From an uncultured Phycisphaerales bacterium (GTDB lineage Bacteria > Planctomycetota > Phycisphaerae > Tepidisphaerales > Tepidisphaeraceae), in contig CAVWVQ010000003.1 of the NCBI GenBank assembly GCA_963758525.1, positions 704,001-768,000 of the forward strand: 64,000 nucleotides of DNA, in the 5' to 3' direction. The position numbers and the translations under genes were made by a program. This document shows, piece by piece, positions 29,079-39,985 of this stretch. Position 1 is the stretch's first letter; each line of letters opens with the position of its first letter. The notes under the pieces were generated by a model. That model was given only the letters and a program-made list of their open reading frames with translations. It did no database searches and was not told the DNA's origin.

Positions 29079-32000
29079 TCAATTTACCGGGACATTGGTG
29101 ACGTTGAGCACCTTGTTCGTTGGGATGCTCCCAGAGCGATCGGAGATAAACGCGGCTCGGCGCTGGACGACCAGTTCCGGAGCGGCGGTTCCGGCGTTCC
29201 GCCATCCTTGCACCAGCACATAGGTCGTGAATGAGTCGGAGCGCACGGTGATGAGATTGCTGATGCGGTTGAAGGCGAGGAACTCCTTCTCAAAATCGCC
29301 GGGCACCTGGTCGGCGGCCGGGAACGTGAAGGGGGCGAGGTCGCCGTCGATTGGGCCGCTATCGGTTTTCTGACTGGGCGTGCTTGTATAGAGGGGGTTG
29401 CCCGGACGAAACGGATTGAAGCCGTTCAGGGGAGTGCTGGCAAGCGTCGTCCGGAAATTGGGGACGCCGTTGAGTTCCAGAATGCTCTTGAACGGCCCAT
29501 GCCCCACAACCCCGGCGGCGGTGTTGCCGTCACGATATTGAACGATCGCCTTGGCGAGCATGACGTTGTCTGCTGGATTAGCGGCTAATGGAAGTGTCGC
29601 CAAAACGCGCCAGGGGGCGGTGTTGATATTGATCAGCCCGTCGATGGGGGCGTTGTCTTCGGTTGTCGTGGATGAGTTGTAGTACGCGTTGACTACGCTC
29701 GGCTTGACGTTGGCGATGGCTTGCCGGGTTGTCGGGCTATTTTCAGCGCCGACGTTCTGCATGTAGTCGTCCGCCGGACCAGCGACGGTGAGGAAGTCGA
29801 ACAAACGCGTCGCAAAGTGGTAGGCGCTCGGTGTCGCGCTGGCTTTGGTGGCAAAGTCATCATACAGACCGGCGGGAGTGCAATCGTCGGGGTGAATCGG
29901 GCAGAACCGGCCGACGTTTTCGGCGCCATTGTCCGAGTCGATCTGGTCGTCGGCAAACGCCGAATCCATCGTCACGGGGTTGTACTCGACTGTCTTTGGC
30001 GTCACGCTGTTATTGACGGTCCCGTCCGCGTTGAGCGAAACGATATCGATGCGGTATGCGCCGATATATGTTGTTTGCAGAATGTCGCCATTGCGCGCGA
30101 ATTGGCCGAAGGGGTACTGGCTGCTCGCCGTACCTTTGGGACCGCCAAAATCAGTGTTGTTGATCTGAATCGGAAATCCTTTTGTGGCAAAGCTGGGGTC
30201 CGCGGGCGCGGCGTTGGCGGCGCCGAGAACGGCTGGGGTAAGCGTCGCGCCAGGCATGACTGATGTCGCGAAGAGGCGCGAGGTCGGAATCTGTGCGCTC
30301 GCGGCGGTGACAGCAGTCGGCGAGGTATTGTCGGAGACCTTTCTGTCGTAGGTGTACGGATAGACAAAGTACCAGTTGTGCGTCGCCTGATCGCTGGGGC
30401 GGATATAGTGCCACTCGGCGCTGTGCGGATTGTCCGCGGTCGGCAGCGGCAAGCCCGCGAAATCGTAGGAATCGACCGGAACCAAATCAGAAGTTTTCTT
30501 GACTTCGTCGTAGACGTTGTTGGGATCGGCCGAGCTGGCGCCGAGGTATCCGTTGACCACATCCCGGGGACGAAGCAGAATCAACTCCTGATTCATTGCT
30601 GTGGCCAGCAGCGGCAAATAGACGAAAGTTGCGCCCGGATCAACGGTCAAATTCTTCGGAAGAGAGGCTTGATCCTGGGAGGCAAAGACGACGTACTTAT
30701 GGGCTCCGATAGTCGTGCCGAGCCCGGGCGCCGCAGACAGATCGGTGTTGGCGGGGTCCAGGGGCTTAACGACGAGCTGAGTGCTGCCGCGGGTGACAAT
30801 CGCCCATTGCCAGTTTTTGATGTTGATGGCGTTGTCATAGGGATTGTAGATGACGACGGCAACGATCCCGCCGTTTGCGGCGTTGGCGTCGTTGTTCGCG
30901 TAGACCTCTGTGATGTAGGCCTGCTGGCCGGTGCCGTACAGCGTGACGCGATAGTGCAGACTGGTCGCCGAGGGTTGAGTGGTCGAGGAGGATGACGAGG
31001 AAGAGCTGGCGCCCGGACCGGACGGTTCGGAAGGCCACGCCGGCGCGTTTGGATCGCCTATCGCGTAGAATTTGTCTGCGGTCGATTTGACGGCAGTGGG
31101 AGCTCCCCACTGCATGGCATCGGAACTGAACTCGCTGTCGCAGATATAGATATTGGCTGAAGAACTCACGCCCGACCCCGTAGCGCCATTCAGAACGCCG
31201 TTGCCCCACCCCCAAATGTAGTTGCCGGTAATATTCAGATCCAGATCGCCCATGATCTCGATCGCGGATTTTGCCCAGCGGTCCATCGCCGTGTCCGGGC
31301 CGCTCTGGATCAACGTGTTGCCGCTGATGGTAATGTGTTCGCCGTACTGCCCCCAGCCGCTTCCCGACTGCTGCGGGCCAGTGGCACACGAGATGCCCAT
31401 GTGTGAGTCGATGCCATTGTTGGGATCGAGATTGGGAAGCCAGTCGCTCATCCAGTTGTTGCTCACGGTCAGATGCTGCATCCCGTTCTGCAGTTCGATG
31501 CCGATCCGGGTCGCGTGGGTGATGATATTGTTTGAAATGTCCGTGGTGTTGTTGATCGCGATCATGTGGATCGGTTCCCACGTATTGTCGAAGGTGTTGT
31601 TGTCAAAAGTGTTGTTGTCGCCCGGGTAGCCGAAGACTCCTTCCTGCGACACATTTGTGAACGTGTTGTTGTCGAAATGGCTGTCGTGAGCGCCGTCGAC
31701 CCAGATTCCGCGATAAATGTTGGTGAAAGTATTGTCGTGAACATTGACGCCCGAGCCGGAGAAGTAGAGCTCGCAGCCGGTGATGGTGAAGCCGGAAAAC
31801 TCGGTGGTGCTTCCGCCGGCGAAGCTGCCCAGGCGAATATAGTTCTGGTGCGGATTTCCCGTGGCCCAGGCGAGGGTTGCGCCGCCGGAGTTGGTGGTGG
31901 TTGACGAACCGCTGCTGGAAACGGCTCCGCCCAGACCAATCTGGCGTGAAAGAATCCGCGTATTGTTGCCGCGAAGCTGCTGCGAATTCATCGCGGCGAT

Positions 32001-33902
32001 CGCCGCGCGAAGCCGAAGCGTTTCCTGAGGCGTGAGGGCCGCGATTCCGCTGGAGGCCCCGCCGCCGGAGTAGATGCGGTCGGGAGCGAAGTTAATGGTG
32101 CTGGAGATATTGTAAACGCCCGCGGCGAAGGAAATCTTGTCTCCCGGCTGGGAAGAATCGATGGCGGCCTGGATGTTTGCAGTGTCGTCGCCGCCACTGG
32201 GAGTCAACCCTCCGGCGGTGCTGGGAGCCGTCGTGCTGGACGGCGTGACGCTGACGGCACCGCGGATCGGATTGCGAAATAGCGACGCCTCAAGAGAATT
32301 TGAGGCCGGATCGCCGGACCCTGTTTCGCACATCACGCCCCAATACGCGGCCCAGAGCTGATCGAATGTTCCGGTATTGATCGAGGTTTTCACGGGATAG
32401 TCGGTCCACGGCTCCTCAGCCCAGTAAGCCGGCGTAATCGTGTCATTCGGATTCGGCTGAACCCCGCCGGTCGTGTCTTGAATGCACACGTAGCTGCGGC
32501 CCCCATATCCCGTGACCCAATCCCCAAAGGTATAGGCGACGGATGAATCCCACGCGTTGGATTGCGAACCGGTGACTGTTCGGTAGGTAAAGCGGCTGCC
32601 GGAAATGCTGGACGTCTGATTTCGCGCAACCAGCAGCGGACGAATGTTGCCGCCGGCGTCATAATTGAAATTATCGCTGAACCACTGCTGCACCTGATCT
32701 GCGCTGTAGGGCGAGGATCGGATCGGGGCGCCGCTGGCGGTGAAGTTGACGGACAGCCCGAGGCATTGCTCCAGAATCGAGGGGCTGGCGGCAGGGTTCA
32801 TCAAGCAATAGCGATGGGCCATCGCCAGCGACTCGCCGATCGGCAGCGCCTGATAGGGGAAGGCGGACGACGCGTTGAGTCCAGGGTTGTCCAGACGCCG
32901 ACCAAGCTGCATCCACATTGCTTCCAGATCAGAGCTGAACGTGTAGCTGGGCACCGCTGCCGTGCCGGTGAAATCGTAAAGCGGAATCGGGTTTGCAGTG
33001 GGAGCCGCGCTATTCCATCGGTATTGGTTCAGCGCGGTCATCTGCGTGTCGGCGGAATTTGCCGACGGGTTGCGAAGCATTCCCTTGAGGTCCACGCTGG
33101 TGGGGAAGAAATCGCCGGGGATCAGCGGCGCCGTCGTCAGCGTGCTGGCGGGCTCATAGGCAATCGAAGCGTTGACAGCCGAGCCGTTATCCAGGCTGTA
33201 CGCGCAGCCGTAGTAGGTGACGCCATTCAGTTCACCGATCGGCAGCCGCCAGAACCCGGCGTCGGCGATGCCCGAACCGCTGGCGCTGCCCGCCAGATAG
33301 GTGTGCGCGGGCGTCCCATCGGTGGTGAGCGCGGGATAGATCACCGATCCTGTTGACGTCGACACCGTGATCGACGTCGGCTGCATGTTCGTGTTGTTCT
33401 GGTATGTAAACGGCGCGGTCTGCCCCGCAGGAACATAAGGCGACTCAAACGTCGCCCCTAAGGGCGCGACCTTCAGGTACGGCCAATACGCGTTGTTGCC
33501 GCTGGCATCGGCGCTGGGGACTCGGGCGCTGATGATGCTCGAGCCCGCGGCGGACGCAGCCGTCCAGGGACTGGTCCAGGTTACCGGAGAGGCGGAGGGA
33601 GCCGTGGCAGGCGGCCCCGTGGGTGTCGCCGCATCGGCAAGGATCTGCTGCTGCTCGATCTTGCACACGGCGTCGATGAGCAGATCGATCTCGGTATTGA
33701 AAGCGTTTTGAGCGGATGAATGGCGATCCACGCGCGTGGTGGAGATGTAGGCGGTTCCCATGAGCGCCATCAGCACCAGGAGCGCAACGACAAGAATCAG
33801 CACCGAGCCTGGTCGAGCCTGACGGAAACGATGATCGATCCGCCGCGAAAGCCGCTGTCTGCCATTGGCTAGACGGCGCAAGAGGGAAGCGGGCACGCTC
33901 AT
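29079..33902 (-). CDS. Large PilX/GspK-like (pseudo)pilin-type protein with CBM5/12-like, parallel beta-helix and HhH domains
   Basis: N-terminal RPGSVLILVVALLVLMALMG; AWDSSVAYTFGDWV; PbH1 repeats; ININTAP..LAKAIVQYR..GPFKSILEL; C-terminal NLITVRSDSF. Confidence 0.75.
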   Translation of the reverse strand: MSVPASLLRRLANGRQRLSRRIDHRFRQARPGSVLILVVALLVLMALMGTAYISTTRVDRHSSAQNAFNTEIDLLIDAVCKIEQQQILADAATPTGPPATAPSASPVTWTSPWTAASAAGSSIISARVPSADASGNNAYWPYLKVAPLGATFESPYVPAGQTAPFTYQNNTNMQPTSITVSTSTGSVIYPALTTDGTPAHTYLAGSASGSGIADAGFWRLPIGELNGVTYYGCAYSLDNGSAVNASIAYEPASTLTTAPLIPGDFFPTSVDLKGMLRNPSANSADTQMTALNQYRWNSAAPTANPIPLYDFTGTAAVPSYTFSSDLEAMWMQLGRRLDNPGLNASSAFPYQALPIGESLAMAHRYCLMNPAASPSILEQCLGLSVNFTASGAPIRSSPYSADQVQQWFSDNFNYDAGGNIRPLLVARNQTSSISGSRFTYRTVTGSQSNAWDSSVAYTFGDWVTGYGGRSYVCIQDTTGGVQPNPNDTITPAYWAEEPWTDYPVKTSINTGTFDQLWAAYWGVMCETGSGDPASNSLEASLFRNPIRGAVSVTPSSTTAPSTAGGLTPSGGDDTANIQAAIDSSQPGDKISFAAGVYNISSTINFAPDRIYSGGGASSGIAALTPQETLRLRAAIAAMNSQQLRGNNTRILSRQIGLGGAVSSSGSSTTTNSGGATLAWATGNPHQNYIRLGSFAGGSTTEFSGFTITGCELYFSGSGVNVHDNTFTNIYRGIWVDGAHDSHFDNNTFTNVSQEGVFGYPGDNNTFDNNTFDNTWEPIHMIAINNTTDISNNIITHATRIGIELQNGMQHLTVSNNWMSDWLPNLDPNNGIDSHMGISCATGPQQSGSGWGQYGEHITISGNTLIQSGPDTAMDRWAKSAIEIMGDLDLNITGNYIWGWGNGVLNGATGSGVSSSANIYICDSEFSSDAMQWGAPTAVKSTADKFYAIGDPNAPAWPSEPSGPGASSSSSSSSTTQPSATSLHYRVTLYGTGQQAYITEVYANNDANAANGGIVAVVIYNPYDNAINIKNWQWAIVTRGSTQLVVKPLDPANTDLSAAPGLGTTIGAHKYVVFASQDQASLPKNLTVDPGATFVYLPLLATAMNQELILLRPRDVVNGYLGASSADPNNVYDEVKKTSDLVPVDSYDFAGLPLPTADNPHSAEWHYIRPSDQATHNWYFVYPYTYDRKVSDNTSPTAVTAASAQIPTSRLFATSVMPGATLTPAVLGAANAAPADPSFATKGFPIQINNTDFGGPKGTASSQYPFGQFARNGDILQTTYIGAYRIDIVSLNADGTVNNSVTPKTVEYNPVTMDSAFADDQIDSDNGAENVGRFCPIHPDDCTPAGLYDDFATKASATPSAYHFATRLFDFLTVAGPADDYMQNVGAENSPTTRQAIANVKPSVVNAYYNSSTTTEDNAPIDGLININTAPWRVLATLPLAANPADNVMLAKAIVQYRDGNTAAGVVGHGPFKSILELNGVPNFRTTLASTPLNGFNPFRPGNPLYTSTPSQKTDSGPIDGDLAPFTFPAADQVPGDFEKEFLAFNRISNLITVRSDSFTTYVLVQGWRNAGTAAPELVVQRRAAFISDRSGSIPTNKVLNVTNVPVN

Positions 33903-34409
33903 GGTGTGGACTCCAGGTGATGCAGCTCAGGGGGGCGGCCTATTTTTTGCGGCCCTATCAGCCCGCCGTGCGGGAAACAGCTCATTGCGGAAAAGAACTT
34001 CTGCCGGCGATGGCGAGGCTTGCGTCCGTTGCGCCTCGATCGGCCACGGTCCTTCTCATATTTCTTCTAGCAGGGCTGGCGCGAAAACTGGCGGGAGCGA
34101 TCAAAATCCATTCCGCTCTAACTGCTGCGCCCGGCCAACTCTACCGTCTCGCGGCTGCACGATCCGTCGGCAGTCGCCGTCGCATAGCTGGCATCAGCCT
34201 ACCCCTCGCAGGCGCGGCTGGCTGCCAATAGTCGTGAGTGTATCAAGGTCAGCAGTCCCCACGCAAGCGTAATATTGCGAAGGAAACGCCGGGAAGGACC
34301 GATAAATTTCGGATGTGAAGGATTCGTGAGCGAAGGACCGTGAATGGACTCAGCGGGGCGAGCCTTAGCTTATTATCTTCAAAGCGTGCGCAGCACTCTG
34401 AATCCTTCG

Positions 34410-34515
34410 GTTAGCTGCCTCGCTCGCGAGGTGTGTCCAGATGCGCGAATGTCACGAACCATGTCAACTTGAGCATCCGCGCCGTTGGACACGCCTCGCG
34501 GGCGAGGCGGCTAAC
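34410..34515. repeat. TTAG-type palindromic repeat element
   Basis: 30-bp arms at 34410-34439 and 34486-34515 with 3 C/T differences; ends GTTAGC...GCTAAC as at 50760-50864. Confidence 0.75.
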
Positions 34516-34601
34516 TAAACGATTTGGAGTGCTCCGCAGGCCGTAATGTATCCATTCCCGCTGGCAAACCCGGCGCGTGCGCGTGGGGCGGGGGCTTGCG
34601 C

Positions 34602-34640
34602 AAAAAACCGCCGCCTCGCTCTGAGAGAACGAGGCGGCGG
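34602..34640 (-). terminator. Intrinsic terminator of the beta-helix/FN3 gene
   Basis: 11-bp GC stem (34608-18/34630-40) followed by T6 on the minus strand, 35 bp past the stop. Confidence 0.8.
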
Positions 34641-34675
34641 AGGAAAGCATCACTGTTCCGCAGTGAAAATTCAGC

Positions 34676-37455
34676 TTATGCGGCGTCGGCGATAATCACC
34701 GAAATCATCGGCTGCACCTGGATGCTGACGATGGCGGGCGTCGATGCGGCGCCGGGCGAAACCGCGACGAGATAATAGTCATACTGCCAGTTCGCGGTCA
34801 CATTGGTGTCCTTGAACGAGGTCGTGCCGGCGGCGATCGTGGCAATCACGGAGTAGCCGTCTGTCCCCTTGGACGCGCGGCGGGCCAGCACGAACGTCGC
34901 GGCGCCGTCGCTGTTGTCAACCCAATTAAGGTCCACCTCATTGGAATTGGGCGACGACGCAAGCAGGAGCGAAGGAGCGGCGGGCGCCGCGGCGGCGGCG
35001 GCCACCGGGCCGGCGGCGGAATTCTGCACCTGCACGTGGGCCGCGACGGTCGGCGAAGCGACGCCCGACAACACGGCGACCAGACGGTAATCGTATTCCC
35101 AGTTCCTGGTCACATGAACGTCGGAATACGAATTCACGCCCGAGGCGATGGTGGCGATTGTCTGAAAACGACCCGCGCCGCGCGTCGCCCGGCGCTGCAG
35201 CACGTATGCAGCCTGCCCATTCGAGTTGTCGGTCCACGAAAGATCGACTTCCCCGCCGCTTGGCGAAATCGCGACGAAATTCGTCGGCGCGGCGGTGACG
35301 CCGCTGACGACCGGCGCGCTGACGCTGGCGGCGGCGAGCACTTGCGTGTGCACGGCAGCCACGTTTGAGGTAACTCCGTTCATCACGGCGGTGAGCTGAT
35401 AATCGTATTCCCACTGTGCGTTCACGTTGGTATCCGTGTAAGAGGTAGTCCCGGCGGCCAGAGTCGCGATCGTCTGGAATCCGGTCGAGCCGTGCGTGGC
35501 ACGACGCTGTAAAATGTAAGTGCCCTGGCCGCTGGTGTTGTCGGTCCAGGAAAGATCGACTTCGGCAGAGTTCGGCGAAGCCGCCGACAAGCTTGTCGGC
35601 GCGGCTGTGGCGACGGGCGTCACCACCGGCGCGGGAGTCGAGACCGCGACATCGGGAACCTGCGCGTGGACCGTGACGACGCTCGATGAAACGCCGTTGA
35701 GCACCGCAGTGAGCTGATAGTCATATTGCCACCGCGCGGTGACGCTGGTGTCCTTATAAGACGTTGCGCCAGAAGCCAGCGTGGCAATTGTTTGGAATCC
35801 GCCAGAGCCATTTGTCGCGCGGCGCTCCAGAATGTATGTTCCGGTGCCTGAGGTGCTATCCGTCCAGGAGAGATCCACCTCGGAGCTGCTGGAGGCGACG
35901 GCCGCAAAATTGGTCGCCGCGGAGACAACCGCCGCAACCACCGGAGTGCTTACAACCGGCGGAGTGACAACTGGAGTGCTGACCACTGGCGGAGTGACGA
36001 CCGGAGCGGCCTGCACCTGAACTTGCACCGAGGCGGTGTTGGACGAATCGCCGCTGACGACCGCAACAAGCTGATAGTCATATTGCCACGTCGCGGTGAC
36101 GCTCGTATCCGCGTACGAGGTCGCGCCGGCCGCGAGAGTGGCGATGGTGGTAAATCCGGCAGAGCCATTTGTCGCGCGGCGCTGCAAAACGTATGTTCCG
36201 GTGCCGGAGGTGTTGTCGGCCCACGAAAGATCGACCTCCGAGCTGCTAGGCGAGGTCGCCGCAAAATTGGTCGGAGCGGCAACGGTTGAAGCGGGCGCGG
36301 TGGTTGTTGTGCCTCCCGTGGAGGCCGAGCCCACGTTCACGCCGCTGGGCGCCGCCGGCCAGGCCGGCGCATTGGACGCGCCCATGGAATAGTCGCTGTT
36401 GCCCGAACCATGCACCCCGCTGATGGGCCACGACGCGGCATCGGCCGCGACGCCGCTGGTCCCGATCATCACGTTATTGCTGACGTTGCCGGCCCCGACG
36501 CTGGTGCCATTGAGCACGCCCGTGCCCCAGCCCCACATGTAGTTGTTGGTGATGTTGATGTCGGAATCGCCCATGATTTCGATGGCCGACTTCGCCCACA
36601 TATCCAGGCCCTGGTCCGGCCCGTTTTGCAGGATCGTATTGCCGGTGATGTTGATGTGCTCACCGAACGCCACCCACTGTCCGCTGCTGTTCTGGTAGCC
36701 GCCCGTCGCGCAGGAAATACCCATGTGCGAATCGACGCCGTTTGAATCGAGGTTGGGGACAAAGTCGCTGATCCAGTTGTTGGCGACCGTCAGATTCGTC
36801 ATCCCATCCTGCAGTTCGATGCCGATCCGCTTCGCATGCGTGATTACGTTGTTGCTGATATCGGTCGTATTGGTCGCGGCGACTAAATGAATCGGCTCCC
36901 AGACGTAGTCGAACTTGTTGTTGTCATACGTGTCGTTGTTGCCCGGAAAACCGTAGATGCCTTCTGCCGAGAGATTGGAGAAGGAATTGTGATCGAAATG
37001 CGAGTTGTAATCGCCCACCAGGTAGATGCCGCGCGCACCGTTGGTAAAGTTGTTGTTGTGGACGTTATAGGCGCCGCTTTGGCAGTGAATCTGCGCGTCG
37101 GTGAATGTGAAGCCGGTAATTTCGGTGGTGGCATCGACCCGGTGAAGCTGATCAGCTCCTCTTTGCCGGCGAAATCGCCCACGCCGCCCGATAACTGGAA
37201 CACGGCGCCATTGCCAACATAATCACGTCCGGTTGGGAAGACCGCTGCCGCCCCGGAGTTATTGGTCGCAAGAGTGTAGGTCCCCTGCTTGAAGCTGATC
37301 GTGTCGCCGACGCTGCTGTTGTTGATCTGCGACATGAAGTTCTGCGGCGTTACCGCCACAACGCTGTAGAGTTGCCGCGACTCGAGCTTCTCGAGACTGG
37401 CCTGATGATCGCTTTTCTTGTTGCGGCGACGCTTATTATTATAAGTCTTCGACAT
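34676..37455 (-). CDS. Planctomycete extracellular protein: LEPR-XLL-type signal, parallel beta-helix, five FN3 repeats; frameshifted near 37130
   Basis: RBS GGAGGAG, LEKLESRQLYS, PbH1 region, five 'EVDL(S/N)W..YDY' FN3 units, VVTPPVVSTP linker repeat. Confidence 0.85.
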
Positions 37456-37725
37456 CTCTCTCCTCCAAGCGTGACTCGGGCGCCGGTCTGCTTTCGCAGG
37501 GACGGCGCTCGTGGCTGGTGAATCCAGCCGGTGTTTGGATCGGAGGAGACCGGCCGCGCGATAATGAGAAGATGAGGCGAACCGCGCAAAATCTGCCGCC
37601 CCTGCCGCCGGGGCGTTGCCTAGCCAGCACGCACGGCACAGGCGTTGAGCCGTGCATGCCCGATAAGCGCGTCACCGGCCGATTTGGCGTTGCGGAAGGA
37701 TGTTGGATTTCACGATGCTGATAAC

Positions 37726-38547
37726 ATGCCGCGGCTGGTGAAATGCATTGCGCACATTTCTGATCTTCACTTCGGCCGGGTGGATGAACTGATTGCCGAG
37801 CAACTCGCCCTCGAGCTGAGCGAACAACCGCCGGCATTGCTGGTCATCAGCGGTGATCTCACGCAAAGAGCCCGCCCCGCCCAATATCAGGCCGCGGCCC
37901 AGTACCTGCGACGGCTGCCCCAGCCGCAACTGGTAGTCCCCGGGAACCACGACGTGCCGCTCTGGAATGTGATCCGAAGGTTTTTCGCGCCGACGGCGCG
38001 GTTTCAGACGCACATCGGCGCCCAGCTCAATCCGATCTGGCGAGACGATGAAATGGTGGTGGCCGGCCTGAACACCGCCCGCAGCCTTACCCGCACCAGC
38101 GGCTGGATTTCAGCCCCGCAATTGGAGGCGGTATGCCGGACCTTCGCGGCAGCCCCAGCATCGGTTTGGAAGATTCTCGTGACGCATCACCCGTTCATTC
38201 CCTCGCCCCTCCACCCAAAAGGGGACATTCTCGTCGGCGCCGGCGGGGCACTTGCCGAACTGGAACGCTGCGGTGTCGATCTCCTGCTGGCCGGCCATTT
38301 GCATCTGGCCTATCACGATGATGTGCGCGTCTTCCATCACGCCGCAAATCACTCGGTCCTCTCCATTCAGGCCGGCACAGCGACGAGCACCCGTCGCCGG
38401 GGCGAGCCCAACGCGTACAACCGAATTTTCCTCGAGGGCGACGACGTGCGCATCAGCGTGCGATCCTGGAATGGAAACCGTTTCGAGCAATCCGTGGAGA
38501 AGCGCTACCGCCGAATCGAAGGAATCTGGACGCCGCGGAGCGAGTAG
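37726..38547 (+). CDS. Calcineurin-like metallophosphoesterase (CpdA-like)
   Basis: HISDLHFG, SGDLTQ, PGNHD, HHP, GHLH. Confidence 0.92.
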   Translation: MPRLVKCIAHISDLHFGRVDELIAEQLALELSEQPPALLVISGDLTQRARPAQYQAAAQYLRRLPQPQLVVPGNHDVPLWNVIRRFFAPTARFQTHIGAQLNPIWRDDEMVVAGLNTARSLTRTSGWISAPQLEAVCRTFAAAPASVWKILVTHHPFIPSPLHPKGDILVGAGGALAELERCGVDLLLAGHLHLAYHDDVRVFHHAANHSVLSIQAGTATSTRRRGEPNAYNRIFLEGDDVRISVRSWNGNRFEQSVEKRYRRIEGIWTPRSE

Positions 38548-38589
38548 CCGCAGCGCGGACCGCAACGTTTTGCTGCGTTTCGGTCAGCC

Positions 38590-38714
38590 AGGGTGTCAGG
38601 GTTCAGGGTTCAGCAGCAAAATTCTATGATGCTGAAACCTGAACCCCACCACTCTGAACCCTGACACCCTGAACCCTGAACCCTGAACCCTGAACCCTGA
38701 CACCCTGACACCCT
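38590..38714. repeat. Inverted heptamer/octamer arrays (AGGGTTC / CTGAACC / CTGACACC)
   Basis: Three forward units, then about ten reverse units, between convergent genes. Confidence 0.85.
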
Positions 38715-38716
38715 TC

Positions 38717-39345
38717 TTACCGCGAGTCTAAATGCTGCCTGATCTGCTCGGCCACCGCGCGCATTCGATTCAGCTCGACGACGTCGAACGGCCGCGACGA
38801 GAAGTCGATAATGAGCCAGTGCCCATGCAGCAGCAGTCCGACATCCGGCGGCAGCAGCGCTCGGGCCGATGACTTTGACAAACTGCGGGCGGCATCAGCG
38901 TCTACGCCAAAAAGCAAAAAACGCTCCGAGGATCCCATGAGCGGAAAAGACGCGAGCGAAAACAGATCGAGCACACTGGAGCTTGCCGTCGCGGGGCGCA
39001 AGCCGGTTGGCGTCCACGCCAGGTCGATTCTGTGAATCAGCACATGCCACGTCCCAAGCTGCACCAACGACACATCGCCCTTGCGTTCCGTCAGCGCGAC
39101 GCGAACCCCCAGCCCCGTTCCGGAAAGCAGATCGAACGGCTCCGGTCGATCTCGCAGATTGAAACGGAGCCGAAAGCCCTCGTCCCGCGCCCATTCCGCC
39201 AGCGACACCCGCTGGCGGTGCGAGGTGAATCGTTCCGCCAGCGCCAGAACATTGCCGCCGACGCCGCCAAAATAAATCCGAGCACAGAGAACACGACCAG
39301 AGAGGTCCCGGCGTGTGGCACGGATTGGTAATACCCGATGACCAT
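38717..39345 (-). CDS. Hypothetical membrane-anchored protein, probably frameshifted near 39240
   Basis: TM segment LVVFSVLGFILAASAAMFW in one frame joins the 163-aa ORF in another. Confidence 0.45.
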
Positions 39346-39523
39346 CTTTCTGAGTTGCAGTGTATAGTCAGGGTGCGGAGCAGTCGCGGGGGTCCAATAA
39401 TGAGTCGCGGACCTGCTGCACGACGACAGCACGACGACCGCCGTGCCGGCGTTACTGGAACCACGCGGAAAAGTTCATCTGATCTTTGTCTTTCGACGCA
39501 TCAAGGGTCGATAGGCATCACGC

Positions 39524-39985
39524 ATGACGCAAACGCGCTCCACCAAACCTCTTGTGCGAGATTCGCATCGGCGCCGCCGGCAGGATTTCACGCCGATCGT
39601 ACGACTGATGACCGGGCGGTATGAGTTGCGCGTCCGCAGGTGGCGCACCAAGATGAGCGGCTGCGCCTGGCGGGTCTACTACGTGAACGGCCACGTCACC
39701 AACTGGATCGAATCCCCGTTCCCCAAGACCCCCATCAGCCTGGCGATCTTCCTCCACGAAGTCGGCCACCACGCGATCGGCTTCGATCGTTACAAAAAAC
39801 GCTGCGAAGAGGAGTATCACGTCTGGCTCTGGGCCATCGACCAGATGCGCGTTCTCGGCATCGAGCCGACTGCGCAGGTCATGCGCCGCTATGAAGCGTC
39901 GATGAAATATGCCGTGGGCAAAGCGCTGCGAAGAGGCATGAAAGAACTTCCAGCGGCGTTGATGCAGTTTGCGACTGCGGCGTAG
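39524..39985 (+). CDS. Small HEXXH metallopeptidase-like protein
   Basis: FLHEVGHH with downstream EEE. Confidence 0.7.
   Translation: MTQTRSTKPLVRDSHRRRRQDFTPIVRLMTGRYELRVRRWRTKMSGCAWRVYYVNGHVTNWIESPFPKTPISLAIFLHEVGHHAIGFDRYKKRCEEEYHVWLWAIDQMRVLGIEPTAQVMRRYEASMKYAVGKALRRGMKELPAALMQFATAA

Noticed and set aside
34010..34055. GGACGCAAGCC on the minus strand resembling a c-di-GMP-I riboswitch upstream of the PilX-like gene
   Set aside because: No GGCAAAC/GAAA-tetraloop P2 hairpin precedes it.
34700..36290. Regularly spaced DNA repeats that might suggest a CRISPR-like array
   Set aside because: They are in-frame FN3 coding repeats with degenerate third positions; there are no cas genes.
37515..37555. 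Partial resemblance to the c-di-AMP (ydaO) riboswitch 5' half (TGAATCC..CGGAGGA) on the + strand
   Set aside because: The downstream conserved elements of that motif are not visible.
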